From NCBI RefSeq assembly GCF_000315625.1, contig NW_005434649.1, forward strand, positions 1-64,000: a stretch of DNA of 64,000 nucleotides, given 5' to 3'. Source of the stretch: Guillardia theta CCMP2712 (lineage: Eukaryota; Protista; Cryptophyta). Under the pieces are notes generated by a model that was not told the origin of the DNA, made no database searches, and worked only from the letters and a program-made list of their open reading frames with translations. Position 1 is the stretch's first letter, and every line of letters begins with the position of its first letter. Shown piece after piece: positions 47,231 through 64,000 of this stretch. Position numbers and translations under genes: made by a program.

Positions 47231-49600
47231 ATGACCGGCTTCACGATGTCTCGGGCGTCACTTTGTGCTCTAGTGGGCTCCTTGTGGGCTCTAAGCGTTA
47301 GAGGAGAGTACTGCTCAACTCGCTTTGACCCAACACTCGGTAAGAATGGTTGCGAGAAGTACAGTGGGTGCTGCTTCAAACTGGGGCTTTGCCTACCTTG
47401 TCAGAAGATCAACGGAGTGTGGCAAGGCATCGTTGGAAAGTGCGTGTTTGACACAGTCGGAGTTTCTCGAAATCCCATCGCAGCGACAGTAGACTTTCGA
47501 CTGAGTGCTTCTCCTGCTACTGAAGTAGTCGAACGCAGATTTACGGGAACTTCACTACAGGGCAATGCATACCTGTCACTGGGCAGGACGGGAAGCCACT
47601 TTCGGACGCAAGCGTGATCATGTTTCACAATACAACAGGTACCATGATACTTTATGTCGCAAGCTGAAGGTTGCTGAAATATCCAAGGGAGGATGGTAAC
47701 AACGAATGAGCCTGGCGCCTCAACGTCATCGCTTGCCGGGCAGTCGATAACGAGCTCCTTCAATCAGCCGCCCGGGTGATCAACTTGGATGTGAAGATTG
47801 CATTTGGCACATAACGAGTGATTCAGACCCAGCGACTTCAACTTCGAGTTTTCTTTCGTTTCGAATGAAACTTCAGGTTTGGAATGAGATCAAATGCATG
47901 AATGGATTGATGCCTCTTTTCGCCAAGTTCAGATGAGATGCTGATTGGTTGTTGCCAGGAAATGTAGACATGGTTATCAACACATTCTTCGGGCAGAGGG
48001 TTCTGCTGGGTATTCTTGGAGGGCGTTTTGATTCGACGATGATTTTCTTTGCTTGTAGGGAAGTATTACATTCAGGTTGAGGAGAACACTTGCGGCACCA
48101 CAACGACTTCTTATCCTTGCAGAAAGGTGAGAGCAGGGTCCGATCTGTCCGAAGCTGCTCGTTGACGGCTGCAGGGGACTTTCTTAACTTTGGCGTTGGG
48201 CACCACACGCCCACCAACGCCTGAGCCTTCTAAGGTGCGCATTTGCGAAACGTCCCTTTGTTGACTCTACGGAATAGGTCTCGCAAGTTGTAACAGAGGA
48301 AGATCATTACGTGTACTTCCAAGGTCAACTTGTCCAGGTAAGAGTGCTGGCCTCTCGCTTTTTTCCTCAGCTGTAAGACACAGGAGATGCAGCCGTCTCC
48401 TCTTGACTCCTACTATCGGAGGTTTGAGGCGGGATCTTGTCGCTACCTGGTGTGTACGAGAGTCGAAGATGATAGAGGGTGACTAGCTTGTTTTACTTAG
48501 GTGCTGGAAGGCGACTCGTTGGCCTCTATCGCAAGCAGGTTCATGTTGACCTGGCAGGTTTGCAGAGCAGCAAAGGCAGCCGACGTCGAGTTTGACCTTC
48601 CGTTGACAGGAGCTCTTTGCTTTCAATGCGCATCTCTTGGAGCCGTCCGACATCGTTCCAGGGTTGACCATCTCCATCGGCCGGTGCGTTTTGATCGCTC
48701 GAGAGCTCTGCCTTATTCACATGTGGGGCAGGCACCACGTTGTCAGAGGAGGCTGCCTGCCCAACTGCTACCGTCAGATGCAGTACGAGAGCTGCTTGAC
48801 GGATGGAGACTGTAGGGGAGACGCCACGTGCCGCTACTTCCTTGACTTGGGTCAGGTCTGTGTCGAGTACGACTCCAGGTGCTGTCTCGTCTGTCTGCAG
48901 CTGCAGCACCTGACGGTGAGGGCCCGGCAGCTGTATGGAGAACGGCGTCTGCCTCACCTGCCAGTGGGACATTCATCCCGACAAGTGCGGGGAGACTCTC
49001 TACTCCATCGCCACCAGATACGGGACCTCCTGGCAGCGGGTACGCCCTTCCTTTCTTATTCATCTCAATGGCCGGCATCTTCCCTCCCCTCCCCTCGCCT
49101 TCTCCTTCCGTTGTCGCTCCCCCTCCCCTCCCCTCCCCTCCCCTCTCCTTCTGCTTCCTTTTTCTTTCGTCCTCCCTGACTTCTCTTCCTGCAGATCTTG
49201 GATGTCAACCCTCAACTCGCCGCGCCATGCCTGGCTCTGCTGGCTCCTGGACAGGAGCTGGGCCCAGACTGCGTCATCCAACCTGGTGAGATCTGAGTTA
49301 CACGAATTTCACTCAAGGAGCTCGCAGGGGACCGAGTTTGCGTCGTCCCCTACCTTCGCAATGCCATCTGCCAGACTGTTGAGCCGCCCAGCGCTGCTGC
49401 TGCCACCGTTGACGGCCATGCAGGAGTACCGGCGCTACCCGGTCGTTGATGGGCAGGGACTGTCGTGGGCGGTGAGGAGATGGGATGGAGGAGGGGAGGG
49501 CAGTGAAGAGGAGCAGGAGCTCGGCAAGCTCTTCACGTGCAACACCGTGTGGAGCAGCGCGTCGTTAGTCGACAAATGCTGCCATATCCCCAGTAAGTAG
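47231..49600 (+). CDS. Secreted Cys-rich LysM-domain protein (multi-exon)
   Basis: Signal peptide. LysM 1: VLEGDSLASIASRFMLTWQ-ELFAFN..DIVPGLTISI. LysM 2: GETLYSIATRYGTSWQR-ILDVNPQL. Both gene ends are uncertain. Confidence 0.75.
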
Positions 49601-50630
49601 TAGTGGGTGGAGGAGGAAGACAAGGAGGAGGAGGAGGAGGAGGAGGAGAGCATGATAGTGATGATGGTGGTGTTTGCGGCAAGAGGCAGGCGCAGGTGAT
49701 CACTAACCATGAGTTTCTGCAGGATGCAAATGTTGTACAGAGGAGGGGACAGACTCTGGGACGCCAACCACGGCTCGCTGCGATGAGAACATTATCCCCG
49801 TGACTGGTACGAGCAAGGATGGCGGGGATTGATGAGGAAGGAGAGGAGGAGGAGGAGAAAGAAAAGGATGGGGAGGAGGATGGGGTGGCGAAGGGGATCC
49901 GGAAGGGAAGAATCGTCTTCTTCTAACGGTACTGGCAGCATGCTTACAGGAACCCTTCAATCCTGTCTGCACGGACGACTGCTCCTGTCCCTCCTCCCCT
50001 TCCTCTGCTCCCTCCTGACTAGCTCACAGGCGTCGCCGGCTTCGTGCCACTGGAGTCCATCAACCCTCTGAACGGCAACTTGGAGACTTCGTGTGTGGTG
50101 AGGAGCCGCTGCTTCCTTGTGATGAGCTGACAAGGAGGAGCAGAGCCAGTTCAACTGCAAGCAGTGCAAAGACCCAACTGTTGCTCCTCCTGGCTGCAAG
50201 ATATGTGTGCGAGTGTGAGAGAAAGAACAAGGATGAAATCGCTGAATGCCAGCCGAGTAGCTCTTATACTTGCTCCTTCCTACCCTCCCTTGCTTTTCTG
50301 TCGTCGTCGTCTTACTCATACTCTTACCCTTCTTACTCTTACTCTCTCCCTCTCCCCCCCCTCCTCCCTTCCCCTCCTCGACCTCTACCAAAGGAGTTCC
50401 ATGTCCTGTCTTGCCTCTCCTGAGGTCATCCGCCATCTGGCTTCAGCGGCTCGTTCAATCGCCTGCCGTCAGATACTGAGCAGTGACAAGATGAAGAGGG
50501 AGGACGAGAAGGATGGGGCATAGCGAGGAAACGAAGAGTGGGAGCGAGGAGGTGAGGTTGGAGAAAGCAGGGCGGGGGAGTAAAGGGGAACGGCATGGGA
50601 GGGTGGGGGGGAGGGGGGCGTGCCTGCCTA

Positions 50631-52349
50631 TCACCTCTCATACTCGGCTGAGTTGATGGGAACGGACGACGTTCGCTCCCTTTCATGGTTGGTATTGTCG
50701 TCCTCGTACACCATCTCCACCCCTGATTCCTGCTCTCCTCTCAGCTGAGAATGCCCCCGACTCCTCCTGCTCTGCTCCCCTCTCGCTCCCACCGACCCTG
50801 TCGCCCTCGCCCCCTGCTCGCCTCGCTCGGCCTCTCCTCCTCGCAAAGCCCTTCACATTCCCGTTTCTGTTTCCCTCCCTCCCTCCCTCCTCCCTCCCTC
50901 CCTCCCTCCCTCCTTCCCTCTCCTATCCTCCTCCTCCTCCCTCCCTCTTCCTTTATGTCACCTCGAGCTCGCGGGAGTAGCGGATCATCCGCTTGATCTT
51001 CTGGTATCGCCGCAGGAAGCAGCACACGTACACGAGCACTCCACTGCCGAGCAGGGAGAGCAGGAGCACAACAGCTACCGACCCTCCCGCCCATGCCTCA
51101 ACCTCTCCCAACGTCTGCGCACCGTCAGCAGCTGTCTCGCCCTCCTCGCTTTCCCTTCACCTTGCGGAGCGTGAGGAGGAGGCCGTTCTCGCTGGAGCTC
51201 CCGCAGACGGGAGGGTGGAAGCTGCTGGAGCCCTGGAAGACGGCAGAGACGTTGATAATGGTGGAGACCTCCGCGTCCATCGCTCGTAGCCACGAGATTC
51301 CTGTAGGATGAGTAAGACGAGGGGGGGGAGAGAACAAAGGAAGAGATGATAGGAGAGGAGGAACAACAGAGTCGAGCAGAGCAGAGCGTGAAAGAGAAGG
51401 GGAGAGGTCGTACCTTTCTGGTTGTACAAGTATGCGACATCTGAGACAGAAAAGTCTCCAACATTCGGTTGATGAATCTCATCCAACGTCTCCATCCCCG
51501 AAACTACCTGATCCATTCTCTCTGAGCTCCTGCCACCTTCCTTCCCCTCCTCTTTCTCTCTGCCCCCTTCCATCGTCTCTTCCCTCCTCTCCGCTCCTCT
51601 CCCCTCCCTCCTCCTCCTCCCTCCTCTTCCTCCTGCCTCCTCCTCTCCTCTCTTCTCCACTCCTCCCACTTGCCTTTCCGAAGGGCAAGTAGCCCAGCTC
51701 GTCAAAGTGCGGGTTTGACTTCAAGTTGATCACCAACCGGGAGGAAGAAACGTTCCCTCGCTCCTGCTCGTCCCCTCAGCCCCGCAGCCTCCTTCCTCGC
51801 TCCCTCCCTACCGTTGCAAACGAGACAGAACCTCTCAGGTTCTTCTGCTCTCCTGTCCCTCCCCGCATGGGATGGAAGTCAGCCCGATCTGAGAATCTCC
51901 CCAGCCCGAACTCCACAAAGACACCTACCACGAGTCTTCACCCTCCACCTCTCCCTCCCCCAGCTCCGCTCACCCGGCCTCACAAAATAGAAGGCGCTGT
52001 CTTGCAATGATCTTTGACCTTGTCTTACCATGCTCCAGAACTCGTCGGCACACTGAGGCGCCATGGAGCGAGTCTGTTCCGCCATGCTGTCAGCAGCAGC
52101 GAGGAACAGCAGAGGGTCGCACGATGTTGATGACGATCGGACATGCTCGCCCTTCATCGACACTTGTTGACAAAACCACTTGAAAGCTCTGCGGAGCCAC
52201 CTGCTTCCTCGTCATCAACCGTCGAGTGCTCGGAGGCATCAGGTGACCTTGGGCAAGGGCTGGGAGCGAAGCGCTTGCGACGGGGTCGAGGAGAAGCCCA
52301 GCACGACCCTAAGAGCGAATACGAGGAAGAAGAGGATACTTGAGTTCAT
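50631..52349 (-). CDS. Divergent cyclophilin-like protein with signal peptide and C-terminal transmembrane segment
   Basis: [46 protein letters not shown]; [22 protein letters not shown]. Confidence 0.7.
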
Positions 52350-52399
52350 GGTCGGATGTGGCATGCTTCGGTTACATCTCCTTCCAAAAGTATCAGGCA

Positions 52400-52614
52400 T
52401 GCTCTGCTCTGTTCTGCTGTGCTGTGCTCTGCTCTGCCCTGCCCTGCCCTGCTCTGCTCTGCCCTGCTCTGCTCTGCTCTGCTCTGCCCTGCCCTGCTCT
52501 GCTCTGCTCTGCCCTGCCCTGCCCTGCTCTGCCCTGCCCTGCCCTGCTCTGCCCTGCTCTGCTCTGCTCTGCTCTGCCCTGCCCTGCTCTGCCCTGCTCT
52601 GCTCAGCTCAGCTC
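52400..52614. repeat. (GCTCT/GCCCT)n pentanucleotide microsatellite
   Basis: Direct reading. Confidence 0.92.
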
Positions 52615-53913
52615 TTTATCCCTTTCGTTCCAGGACATTGCGCATCTCCCCGTCGGCTCCAACCAACATTACCTGCTGCCTTTCTGTCAAAAGCTATATC
52701 TTCTCTTAATAAACATGTGCTGCCTTTTTACCGAGATACCGTGATAGAACCCTTCATACCGATTATGCGCTGACATTCCTATGGCGTCGTTACCAAGTGA
52801 GATCATCTTCCTCGTCTTCCTCCTCTTCCTCCTCTTCCTCCTCTTCCTCCTCTTCCTCCTCTCCCCGTCTCCCTCAGTCCTGCTCGAACAACATCTTTTC
52901 TGCCCTCTAACATTTCACTCAGTTTAATTCCTTTGCCCCATTCACCGTGGTGATTGACATCGATGCAAGAACAAATGTATGTACAGTACAACAAGTCTGA
53001 CAGCATTCCTGCCTATGATGCGCTTACGACTGCTAAGCACGAACAAGTCCAGACAGGGCAGAGAACACAGGCAAGCAAGGTGATGGGGGCGACAGTTGAC
53101 ACAGAGACGACAAGGTCCACTGTGAACAGTCATATGCGCAATCAGCTCAGTGCGGATTCCATCAACTCAACACACTCTTTTCATTCAAGCTCACGTCTTC
53201 GCAAGTTTGATCTTCAAGCCGAGCTAGCGGCACAACTCAAGATTCATCAAACTTTGCAGTTTCGCAGCCATTTGTTAGAACTGAACTACAAGAAAGTAAT
53301 CTTCTTCTTGTCCCTCAACCCTTGCTGACTGGACTTGTGTGTAGAAAACCGAAAGAGCTGCTTTGATGCAAAAAGCAGGACAGTTAAACCCGGCATCTCT
53401 CCCTCAAGCACAAAGATCGAGGTCAGGGAGGAATCAAGGAAAGGTGCTTGGCAACTCATTGTGGGTTCAGGTGTATCATGTGTGGGCAAAGGAAAGTAAC
53501 TGCTACCTATTGAGGAGCATGTAATTGGAAAGCGATTTGGAATTGATTCCCATGATGCAATTCTGCAATGTTGTATCTCGGCTTCCATTAGTGTCTTTAA
53601 CGCGGAACAAACCAAACTACACAGAGCTGTTTTCTTGCGACCTTGGTCGTTGTAAAAAGTAGATTTGATGTATTGTTATCGTTGTTATCAAAACTCCAAT
53701 ATTACGATTACTACAGAGAATGGGGAGTAAAACACACCCCATGAATCACTCTCAAACCAAGGCGATTGGACGAGGATTTTCTTTCTTCCTCGCAATGCAC
53801 AACATTGAATCCATAGTTTGAATGTATTGTTCCTGGATCATCATCGTTATCTGATGCAAAGAGCTGATGAGAACGACATGGGTTACCGCAATGCAAGAGT
53901 ATAAGCTCGACAT

Positions 53914-54777
53914 TCAGGCCGTCCCCACAACGCACTCCTTGCACTCAGCCGGCACTTTTCCGTGCTCGCACATTGAAGCTGCTTTGCATTCCTTACATCG
54001 GTATCTGACTTTATCATGCTGGCATATGCTCGCACCCTTGCACTCCTTGCATCTCGTCCGCATCCTCTTGTGCTCACAAATCGCTTTCCCTCCACAATCC
54101 TTACATTGGTATCGGACTCGTCCATGGCTGCATATGCTGCTCCCCCCACAGTCTTTACATCTCGATCTCTGTTTGTTATGTTCGCAGATCCCTGTACCCT
54201 TGCATTCCTTGCATCGCGACTTTCTTCGCTTGTGCTCACATATACTAGTTCCATCACACTCCTTACACCTCGACTTGATCCTGCCATGCACACAAAAGCT
54301 GGCACCTCCGCATTCCTTACAACGAGATTTCTGCCTGTTATGCACGCAAATGCTTGAACCTCCACACTCTTTGCACAACGACCGTCGCTTCTTGTGACAA
54401 CAAATGCCCGAGCCTCCGCACTCCTTGCACTGTGCCAGGATTCTGTTGTGCACGCAAATGGTAGGGCCCTTCTGATGCCTTGGTGGAGGTTGCTCCTGCA
54501 TAGTTACTTCACCCTTTTCTGTTACCGTGGGATCAGCAGAAGCTGCATCAGGGACGGGGACAGCTGCATTTTCACCAGCAGCTTCCATGACCGGGGCTGT
54601 TGAAGGGGTAGCAGTCTCAATAGCCATGGTGGCACTAGCAGCAGCGGCATTGATCGCCATGGCATTCTCAGCAGCTTCGGCGGCGGGCATGGCAGCGCTG
54701 ATAGGAACAGAGGGCAGAGACTCGGTAGCCGCCGCAGGGGCTTCGGCTTCGACATCAGCAGCAGAGGACGGTACCAT
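53914..54777 (-). CDS. Protein with ten 18-aa CxHxxxxxxCKEC zinc-binding-like repeats
   Basis: Ala-rich N-terminus followed by ICEHxRxRSxCKECxGxx x10, intronless. Confidence 0.85.
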   Translation of the reverse strand: MVPSSAADVEAEAPAAATESLPSVPISAAMPAAEAAENAMAINAAAASATMAIETATPSTAPVMEAAGENAAVPVPDAASADPTVTEKGEVTMQEQPPPRHQKGPTICVHNRILAQCKECGGSGICCHKKRRSLCKECGGSSICVHNRQKSRCKECGGASFCVHGRIKSRCKECDGTSICEHKRRKSRCKECKGTGICEHNKQRSRCKDCGGSSICSHGRVRYQCKDCGGKAICEHKRMRTRCKECKGASICQHDKVRYRCKECKAASMCEHGKVPAECKECVVGTA

Positions 54778-55135
54778 GGCAGCCGCGAGCTGTTTGAAAT
54801 CTTTGGAAACTTTGAAACTTTGAGACCTTGAGACTTTGGAATTTTTAAAGTTTCGCCGGGTCGCCCAGGCTTCCGGGTAGGGCCCCGGGCCCGACTGAGA
54901 CTGAGAGAAAGAGTGGGACAGGGGGGGGATGAAGGCCATGAAGTGCGAGGAAGGAAATGAAACAGGACAGGAGCAGGGAGGAGGAGGGAGGGGTAGGAGA
55001 ACAAGTACGAGTTGAGCTGATCAGAAGATATGGTGAATGATCAGCAAGATATGAGAGGATATGGAAGAACAGACGAGAGAGGTCAATCGGACAAGACAAA
55101 TGTGGGGCGAGGAGCGAGAGTGGCGGGGGATCGGA

Positions 55136-56220
55136 ATGGGAATGGCAGAGGAGGAAGCGAGTGAGTATGACATTAGGAAGCATAGAACGTATCTTGAAAC
55201 CCTCGTGCAATCATGTAACGACCATCTTGCCGGTTGCAAGGATTGTGCTCTGCGATGGGAGCCAAGTGGTTGTTTCAGCTTCGATCGGCGCCTGGGCAGC
55301 AGACCAGTACCCTTCACTTGTTCGATCGATTCGAGGTGACGGCAGCATGTTGTGACTGATCTCTCTGATACCAAGAATAGACTCTTGGAGCAAAGAAGCT
55401 CAACAAGTGGAAAACTCAGACTACGCTCTACAGGCGGTAACTACAGCCTGTCCTATGAGCCTCTTCCTGATATGCTTGCAGGCCAACGCCGGGGGGGGAC
55501 AAGGTAGACCTCAGATCTGAAAGATGTAGGAAGACCATGACTGTGATGCTAACAAGAGCTCTCTGCAGGTTGCTGGCGATGTGTTCTTGGTAAACTTCCT
55601 GTCGGACACCCCAGACAAAGTGTATATGATAATCAGGCAAGGAGAGGAGGACAAGGTGAAGAGCAAACCTTGCCTGTGCCGCCATGCACGTGACTTGACG
55701 CATCATAGGTGATGGAGGCGGGGAGCAGCTTCATGCAGATCTGGTCCATGATCAACGCGACATCTACAGGAGGCGGGCCAGCGCTGTATGAGCAGGTAGG
55801 TGGGGGCAGCAGCAGTATGTGTAGTGACGCGTGTTCGACAGAAATCAAGCATGACGGTGGAGGGATGGGCGTATGACATGGGGGACTTCGTGATGAGAGT
55901 GGGGTCAGTAGTCATCCGCAGTCAAGCTCAGAACAGACCTGAAGAGCGAGCGGGTCGATCCGACGCCTTCAAGGTGAGGGGAGGAAATGAGGGAGGACGT
56001 TGTTGACTGCTGCTACTTCAGGGTGCCGTCCTTGAAGTCGAGTATGTTCCCAGCGCTGACCGAGGAGACTGCAGTCAGCTGATCAACGAGTTTGTCGAGG
56101 CGAGAGATACCGGGAGGGGCCTTGAGCTTCTGACGAGGCTCTTTGACAGGTCTATTGTCAACCTGATGGGCCGACTGCTGTTGCGGTCACGGGGTTCCGA
56201 CCAGGTGACGGACAGCGAGC

Positions 56221-56294
<74 letters not shown>

Positions 56295-56768
56295 CTCTTC
56301 CTCCTCCTGCCCTTGCTGACTTGACCACAGTCACCAACGTCATCGCAACGAAGGGCATAGGTGGAATGGCGTCTTTGCACTGGCAGGTGAAGCTGCAGCG
56401 GGTGCTATCTGCTTCCTTCCTCTGACTCTCCAGCAGACAAGGACGAAGGAGTACACGAACGAGCATAGAGCCCAGCAGTACGTGCAGCTGTATCATGCAG
56501 GTCATAGGCCTCCCTCCTTCTCCTTACCGCAGCTCACTTTCTTCCCTTCAGTCAATCGCTCAAGCGGCGATGGTGGCACCGGCTCCTCAACGGCTCAAGC
56601 AGCGACAACCAGTGAGCGGGAGAAGAGCGCTGACGAGTCTGAACGTCTTCCTAGGCTCGGCGACTGCCTCCACCACCACCACAAGCGCTACACCAGCCAC
56701 TTCCTCTCTGCCGGGTACCTCAGCCTCCAACGCACCCACGCCTGCTGTCATCGGGCACTTTCCGGTGA
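55136..56768 (+). CDS. MED20: Mediator subunit 20-like (multi-exon)
   Basis: TVEGWAYDMGDFVMRVGSV..FKGAVLEVEYVP..CSQLINEFV matches the MED20 G.Y..DF.V.VG..G..VEVEY.P pattern. Ends approximate. Confidence 0.6.
56221..56294. repeat. Intronic (TGCCCA)n microsatellite
   Basis: Direct reading. Confidence 0.88.
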
Positions 56769-58067
56769 AGAAGTGAGAAGGAGGATGAACAGGAGGAGGA
56801 GAGGGAGGAGGATGAGGACGAGGGGTAGGGGTTGAAACTTGCAGTAACATAAGCTAATCAAATAGTGGAGGGCGCGTCCTGCTTGATCAGTCGCGAAGTA
56901 TGAGTGCAGCTAGTCATTTCAAGCGCTAGAGGAAACGCTTGAGCGACTGCGTGTACGTCTTGTCAGGACTTGACGCCTCTGCATCTGCACCGGCGGCGTC
57001 AGACCCTCCGGCCCCTCCTTCCCTCACTTGCCTTTCTCCATGGAATTGCCGATGTTGAGCCAGGGCATGATGGAGGCGGGGATGATGGCTGCGAGAAAGT
57101 CAAGGGAGCGACGGCCGGAGAGTTTCAGTCACATGCGAGCAGCGAGTCTTGCTTCTCCTCCTTCGCCTCCAACGTCATGCTGTGCTCTCCCAGCCTTTGC
57201 ATCTGCATGTCCTTGAGAAGGAGGAAGAGCAAGAGGGAGACCAAGGAAGAACGAGAGGAGGAGAGAGTTGAAGGAGAAGTGAACGGGAGGAAGCAAATGC
57301 CAATAGGAGACAAGTGAAGTAAACCAGGTTGGCTCCTTGCGGCAGGTTGAGCCCCGAGCTCCTGCGATCACCAGCATCGTTTGACAAGTACACAGCAGTC
57401 GTCTCCTGTCGTCACGCAAGCGTCAGCGAGAGGAAGAGCATGTTAGAGCTCGAGTCCAACCAGCGGTTCTTCTGCTGCCGGCAAGCTGTAGTCCCCGTTC
57501 CCCTGCACCTCCGCCGCCTCCAGCCGAGCCTCCTGCAGCCTCCTTGCTCCTGGGCTGCAGCAGGAGCTCAAAACTTTCCTCCTGTTTGCTCCTCCTTCAC
57601 CTCTCTCCTCCTGGGACCACAGGAGAAGCACCGAGCTCGCGCCCCTGCTACAAGTCAGCCCGAGAACCCGACCAGGAGGAGCCCCACCTTCCTAGTCCAG
57701 TTCTGAAGGAAATCGACGAAGCCTACAGGAGCTGAGGAGAGAGAGAGAGGAACAAGAACTTGAGAGGAACAAGAGTTTTACCGTCTCGGATCCCATCACA
57801 GAGAGCATAACTACCCCACAACAGTAAGACAGAAATGCCTTGATTCCAATCCCTCATTTCCTCCCCCCCGTTCCCCTCTGGCTTCTCCTTTCTAATCCCT
57901 TCCTCCCTCTCCCTCACCGTCATCCTCCCCCTTCCCTCTTCCCACCCTTTTTCTCTGCTTCAAGCTATGTTCTTTCCGCCCACCTGAGCTTCGAAGTTGG
58001 CAGCTTGATGTCTCCGCTGCCACGCAACCTAAGCCAAAAGTCAGGAAGGGAGCCAAAAGCCGAGAAG

Positions 58068-58103
<36 letters not shown>

Positions 58104-58199
58104 ACGGCAGCGGCAGCGGCAGCGACAAGAACAAGTACAAGTACAAGTACAAGTACAAGTACAAGTACAGCAGCAGCAGATGGAACAGTTTTGTCCTTC

Positions 58200-62636
<4,437 letters not shown>

Positions 62637-64000
62637 TGCAACAGGAAGTGCTTAGGGAAGCCGTCTGCTTTGATACTAGTCAGTCGGGTATCAACCTGTC
62701 ATCGTTCACCTGAATCGTAAATAATGAAGTTTGCTCGTGGTTTACATTCGCAGACGAGAACTTGAGTCTAAAAGAAACCTTCGCAGTCAACACAACCTGA
62801 TCAGGTCGCACTTGAAATCGTTTCTGCATTCTTGTCTCCATCGTATTCTCGTATCTACATCATTCAGCCCCCCCCTCCCCCCCCATTCCGAATGTTCCAC
62901 TTGACAAGTCTTGTCCCCTACCTTTCATTCTCCCATCCTTCTTTTTGCACACCTATATTCACTGACCGTTTTTCAGTCTTTGTTAAGTGTCGTCGCCGTG
63001 ATTCTATCACCGTCTCTGCCTCTGTTCATGTCCCAGCCCCTGCCACTGTCTCCGTCCATGCCCCATGCCCCTGCTTCAGTCTCTGTTGATCCCACTTCCC
63101 TTCCTCTCGTATCCTGTTTTCCTCTCCTCCCCCTCTTCCTCCCTCCCTATCCTATCTTCTCTCTCCTCTCCCTCTCTGCCTCTTCCTCTCATCTTCTTGC
63201 CTCCTGCATGATGTTTCGTCTCATGCCCACAGTCATTTTTTGACCCGAAACTTTTTCCACATTTATCCCAACCACCCTTCGTACCCATTTTACACACAGA
63301 TTTTGCACTTCACTAACCCCAGATATACACCTATGAAGCACCGGTGTAAAAACCACCCCACCCTCGATTTCAAGAACAATATGACAGAAGGTCAAATGCT
63401 GGGTCAAATGCGGATGGTTTGTTTTTTAGTCAATAAGGGTTTTTTTTATTCGTAAAATAGTTTGTGTAAAAGGAAAAAAATAAATGTCAAAAGCCTTCAG
63501 GGTACCATGTCGAGCGAGCATGAAAGGTGAGACGAGAGGAGAAGGAGAAGAGGAGGAAGAGGAAGACGAGAGGAGAAGGAGAAGACGAGGAAGAGGAAGA
63601 CGATAAGGAAGGGAGATCGAGGCGAAGAAGTGGGGAGACAGAGACAGAGAAAGAGAAAGAGACAGAGACAGAGAGCAGTGAAAGGAAAGCGTCTAGCTTA
63701 ACTCCCATGATCCTCTGCATATTATAGCTGGGGATCATCATCCTGGAGATTCTGAAATTTGCTCCTAGCGATTATGATGATGACGCCGACGTCTATCAAG
63801 ACCCGAACCATCCCGAAGAAGCTGGGACTTCCATGGCTCAACAGGAGCATGCAGACATGTGCGGATGAGTTGGCAGCTGTTGGATAACATTTCCTGATGT
63901 TTTCTCATCAGTGAATGGGTAGAAAGATTTGAAAGCGATTTGAAATCAAAGGGCTCGAACAACTCGTACGAGTATGAAGGGAAAGGGAGTGAATCACAAG

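Noticed and set aside
52180-52773. Cys/Ala/Leu-rich ORFs
   Set aside because: Translations of a pentanucleotide microsatellite.
63487-64000. Partial gene at the window end
   Set aside because: Too short and without a recognisable motif.

Overview
Left end (subtelomere) of a compact, intron-rich eukaryotic chromosome with plant-type CCCTAAA/TTTAGGG telomeric repeats. Short introns, CT/GA-rich low-complexity tracts and an ASA-F bipartite plastid presequence suggest an alga with a secondary red plastid, probably a cryptophyte (inference). The most unusual part is the first ~4.6 kb: a head-to-tail array of one element family sitting inside the telomeric repeats. On the G-rich (minus) strand, the one intact unit reads (TTTAGGG)n, 29 copies of a 19-bp hairpin satellite, a single ~715-724-aa ORF1/RRM-like ORF with no recognisable reverse transcriptase, 3 copies of a 76-bp repeat, an (ATA)n tail, then (TTTAGGG)n. 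The window starts in the 5' end of a sister unit with a variant 19-mer, and two decayed 5' fragments lie on the centromere side. The rest is gene-dense: a PDZ protein, ChaC/GGCT-like, TAF6, plastid-targeted aldo-keto reductase, Scc2/NIPBL with extra domains, PKD2-like channel with C2 domain, p24/TMED, a membrane-anchored alpha-carbonic anhydrase with three unrecognised repeats and a collagen-like linker, a secreted protein preceded by 17 tandem mini-ORFs, QTRT2-like, duplicated HTH genes, a LysM protein, a cyclophilin, an 18-aa Cys/His repeat protein, MED20-like and an iGluR/GLR-like gene. Multi-exon boundaries are approximate and were read by eye; no searches were run.
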